Part shown: positions 33,808 to 35,761 of the stretch, in pieces | How the letters are laid out: every line of letters begins with the position of its first letter | How positions within the stretch are numbered: position 1 is the first letter of the stretch | Source of the DNA: Trichosphaerium sp. ATCC 40318 | Taxonomy: Eukaryota > Protista > Tubulinea | Direction: 5' to 3' | NCBI GenBank assembly: GCA_038496445.1 | Contig: JALMLS010000040.1 | Span: forward strand, 1 to 35,761 | DNA length: 35,761 nt | Made by a program: the position numbers and the translations under genes | The notes under the pieces: model-generated | Databases searched by the model: none | What the model was told of the DNA's origin: nothing | What the model saw: the letters and a program-made list of their open reading frames with translations, nothing else

Positions 33808-35761
33808 TTACAGGTGAAAATACAGTTGTGCGGAAAGTACAATAGCCACTAGTTTCGAGGCAAGTGTAGTAGCAGAAGATACTGAATCTGAAGGGGCATT
33901 TGTAGCATCAGGTGCATTCGATGGAACGTCTGTTGAACTTGGAGTGTTGCTTGGTTCAATGACTGTGTCGGTAAGGTCAAGTGAGGTATCAGGGCATGTT
34001 CCTGGTTCTTGTACAAACGTGATGGCTCGAGTTTCAGGTCCATCTATTGTAAAGTGTTATCAATAAGGAAGTTCAACAACAGTACAACTTACCAACATTG
34101 GCCAAAGGAGGACTCACAGATGCAACAATATCCTGTAATCCGCCACAAAACAAGTTCTCACTGTCAGCTAATCCACAATACCTTTTGAGAAGTAATGAGC
34201 ATAGAGTATAAAAAAAGAAAACTAAAACGATACAAACCTCATTCTTGGCATCGCTGGATAGTAAATCAAATACGCTTGACACATTTCTTCGCTTGATTCA
34301 GTACCAAAGACGATATCAATACTTGAACTTGCTGCGTCGAAATTACAATGTAGATTTATGCGATCACCTCTGGATACTGTGTAGTTGACAGGTGTGAACT
34401 GTTGGAATGCTAAATAGAAATGGAAGTGAGACAAAGTGCGGAGCAGTTGAGGTTCAAGCTATTTGTTCAAACAGACATATTGTTAGAGCTCGTACCAAAG
34501 TCCCAGAAGTCAATGTGATTTGACGTTGCAACAATGTTGCCATCACGTGTAATGTTTGTGTAAATACTTGAACCTGAGAACAAACAATATTTAGGTATCT
34601 TTTGTATCACATGTGTGGTGAGACGTACCATACTCGTGCATGTGTAAAAAACTGCCAATAACTGTAATCTCATCTTCAACCCATTGGTCACTTGTTGTAC
34701 AAGCGGAAGAGCAACTTGTTTCAACATGGTGCTATTATAAAGGGTAAGGCTGCTTATCAAACATATTGTGCTTACATCAGCAGCGCCAGCAGGGATAGAT
34801 GGTAGTTCTAACAATGGATCGCCAATACTGATGATACCAGCTTCGATTGGTCTTAGATTCGTAGTTGTAAACGCTGCAACACCGGAGCTAAATGGATATG
34901 TAAGCGTAAACAAGTTACTGTCTAAATAAAGAAAATGACGTACTTATCACGAACGCCAGCATCAAGACTTGGATTATCATAATGAATCTCAACTACCAAA
35001 TCAGTAGCATCTACTGGTCCACCCATAGGGACACCTTACCATGTAAGTAAACAAGAATAGAATGGCTGTGGCTGAAAAAACATACCAACATCATGGGGGA
35101 ATTTGTATCCAAGACCTCCTTTTGCCCAAGCCCACACAAGTCTACATCCAACCTCACCCTTAGAAGTACTTTAAATAAGAAGTATTACTAAGTTGTTTAT
35201 AACGTACTTGAGGTGAGTCACTCTGCACCAGAACCTCTCCATGTTTCCATCAAAGCACGACCTTCAGGTGTTTCATGCAATCCTGAACAATCATGGAATA
35301 ACATGTGATGAACGTATTTTTCATTGTCAATCACTGGCTCGAACTATTGGTATGTTTAGTTCCAATGAAATACGCCGAAAAGGTTTTACCATCACTGCGT
35401 GCACTTTTGTAAGATTCGATAGTTGGGTGTAATGGCACGAATACGTTGTAACTTTTGCTGGTAGTTCGAAGTCTATAAAACAAGACCAAGCGTTGATTCA
35501 TTTGTAGTAGATTGTACCGCTCATTACAAAAGACTCTTTTACAGTTCCAGAAGGTGGTGTAAGCGGGGAATCGCCATAAAACACAGCGGCACTTGCAACT
35601 ATTTGAGGTAAGCACTAACTTCAAAGATCACACTCTGCATCAACAACTTTTGTACCTCTGTTTTGTCCATGGTAAGAGAATGTATTGCTCGCTCCCCAAG
35701 CTCCAACAATTCTATTTACTCCACTTGTAATGACGCGATCCTGAATGAACTGTAAATAAAT
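33808..35761 (-). CDS. DOMON + copper monooxygenase copy 3 (5' end outside the window)
   Basis: Motifs YHGQNR, VHHMLFHDC, WAWAKGG, EIHYDNP, HMHEYG and EEMCQAYLIYYP. The tail reads ...SVSSATTLASKLVAIVLSAQLYFHL*. Confidence 0.9.

Overview
This is AT-rich eukaryotic genomic DNA, probably from a protist or amoeba (inference; the organism cannot be named from the sequence). Most genes are split by short GT-AG introns of about 40-60 nt, so the ORF track fragments them. Gene models below were spliced by eye. The window holds three paralogous DOMON/copper monooxygenase (DBH/MOXD1-like) genes, one of which has lost its CuM Met exon segment. It also holds six F-box genes or pseudogenes with different C-terminal modules (two MORN-variant, one 22-aa LRR, one Cys-rich), several of them nearly intronless. 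Other genes are an EGF plus multi-pass membrane protein with a scrambled inverted pseudo-copy, a bacterial-type sirtuin with an N-terminal extension, a non-RD Ser/Thr kinase, a MoaD-like protein lacking Gly-Gly, and three hypothetical genes. A ~1.55 kb element at 12007-13555 is bounded by both direct and inverted repeats. The strongest unexplained signal is a roughly 10-fold excess of the palindrome CACGTG (42 copies found by manual scan), mostly in introns and intergenic DNA and often flanked by A/T tracts. The region shows heavy local duplication, gene conversion and fragment shuffling.
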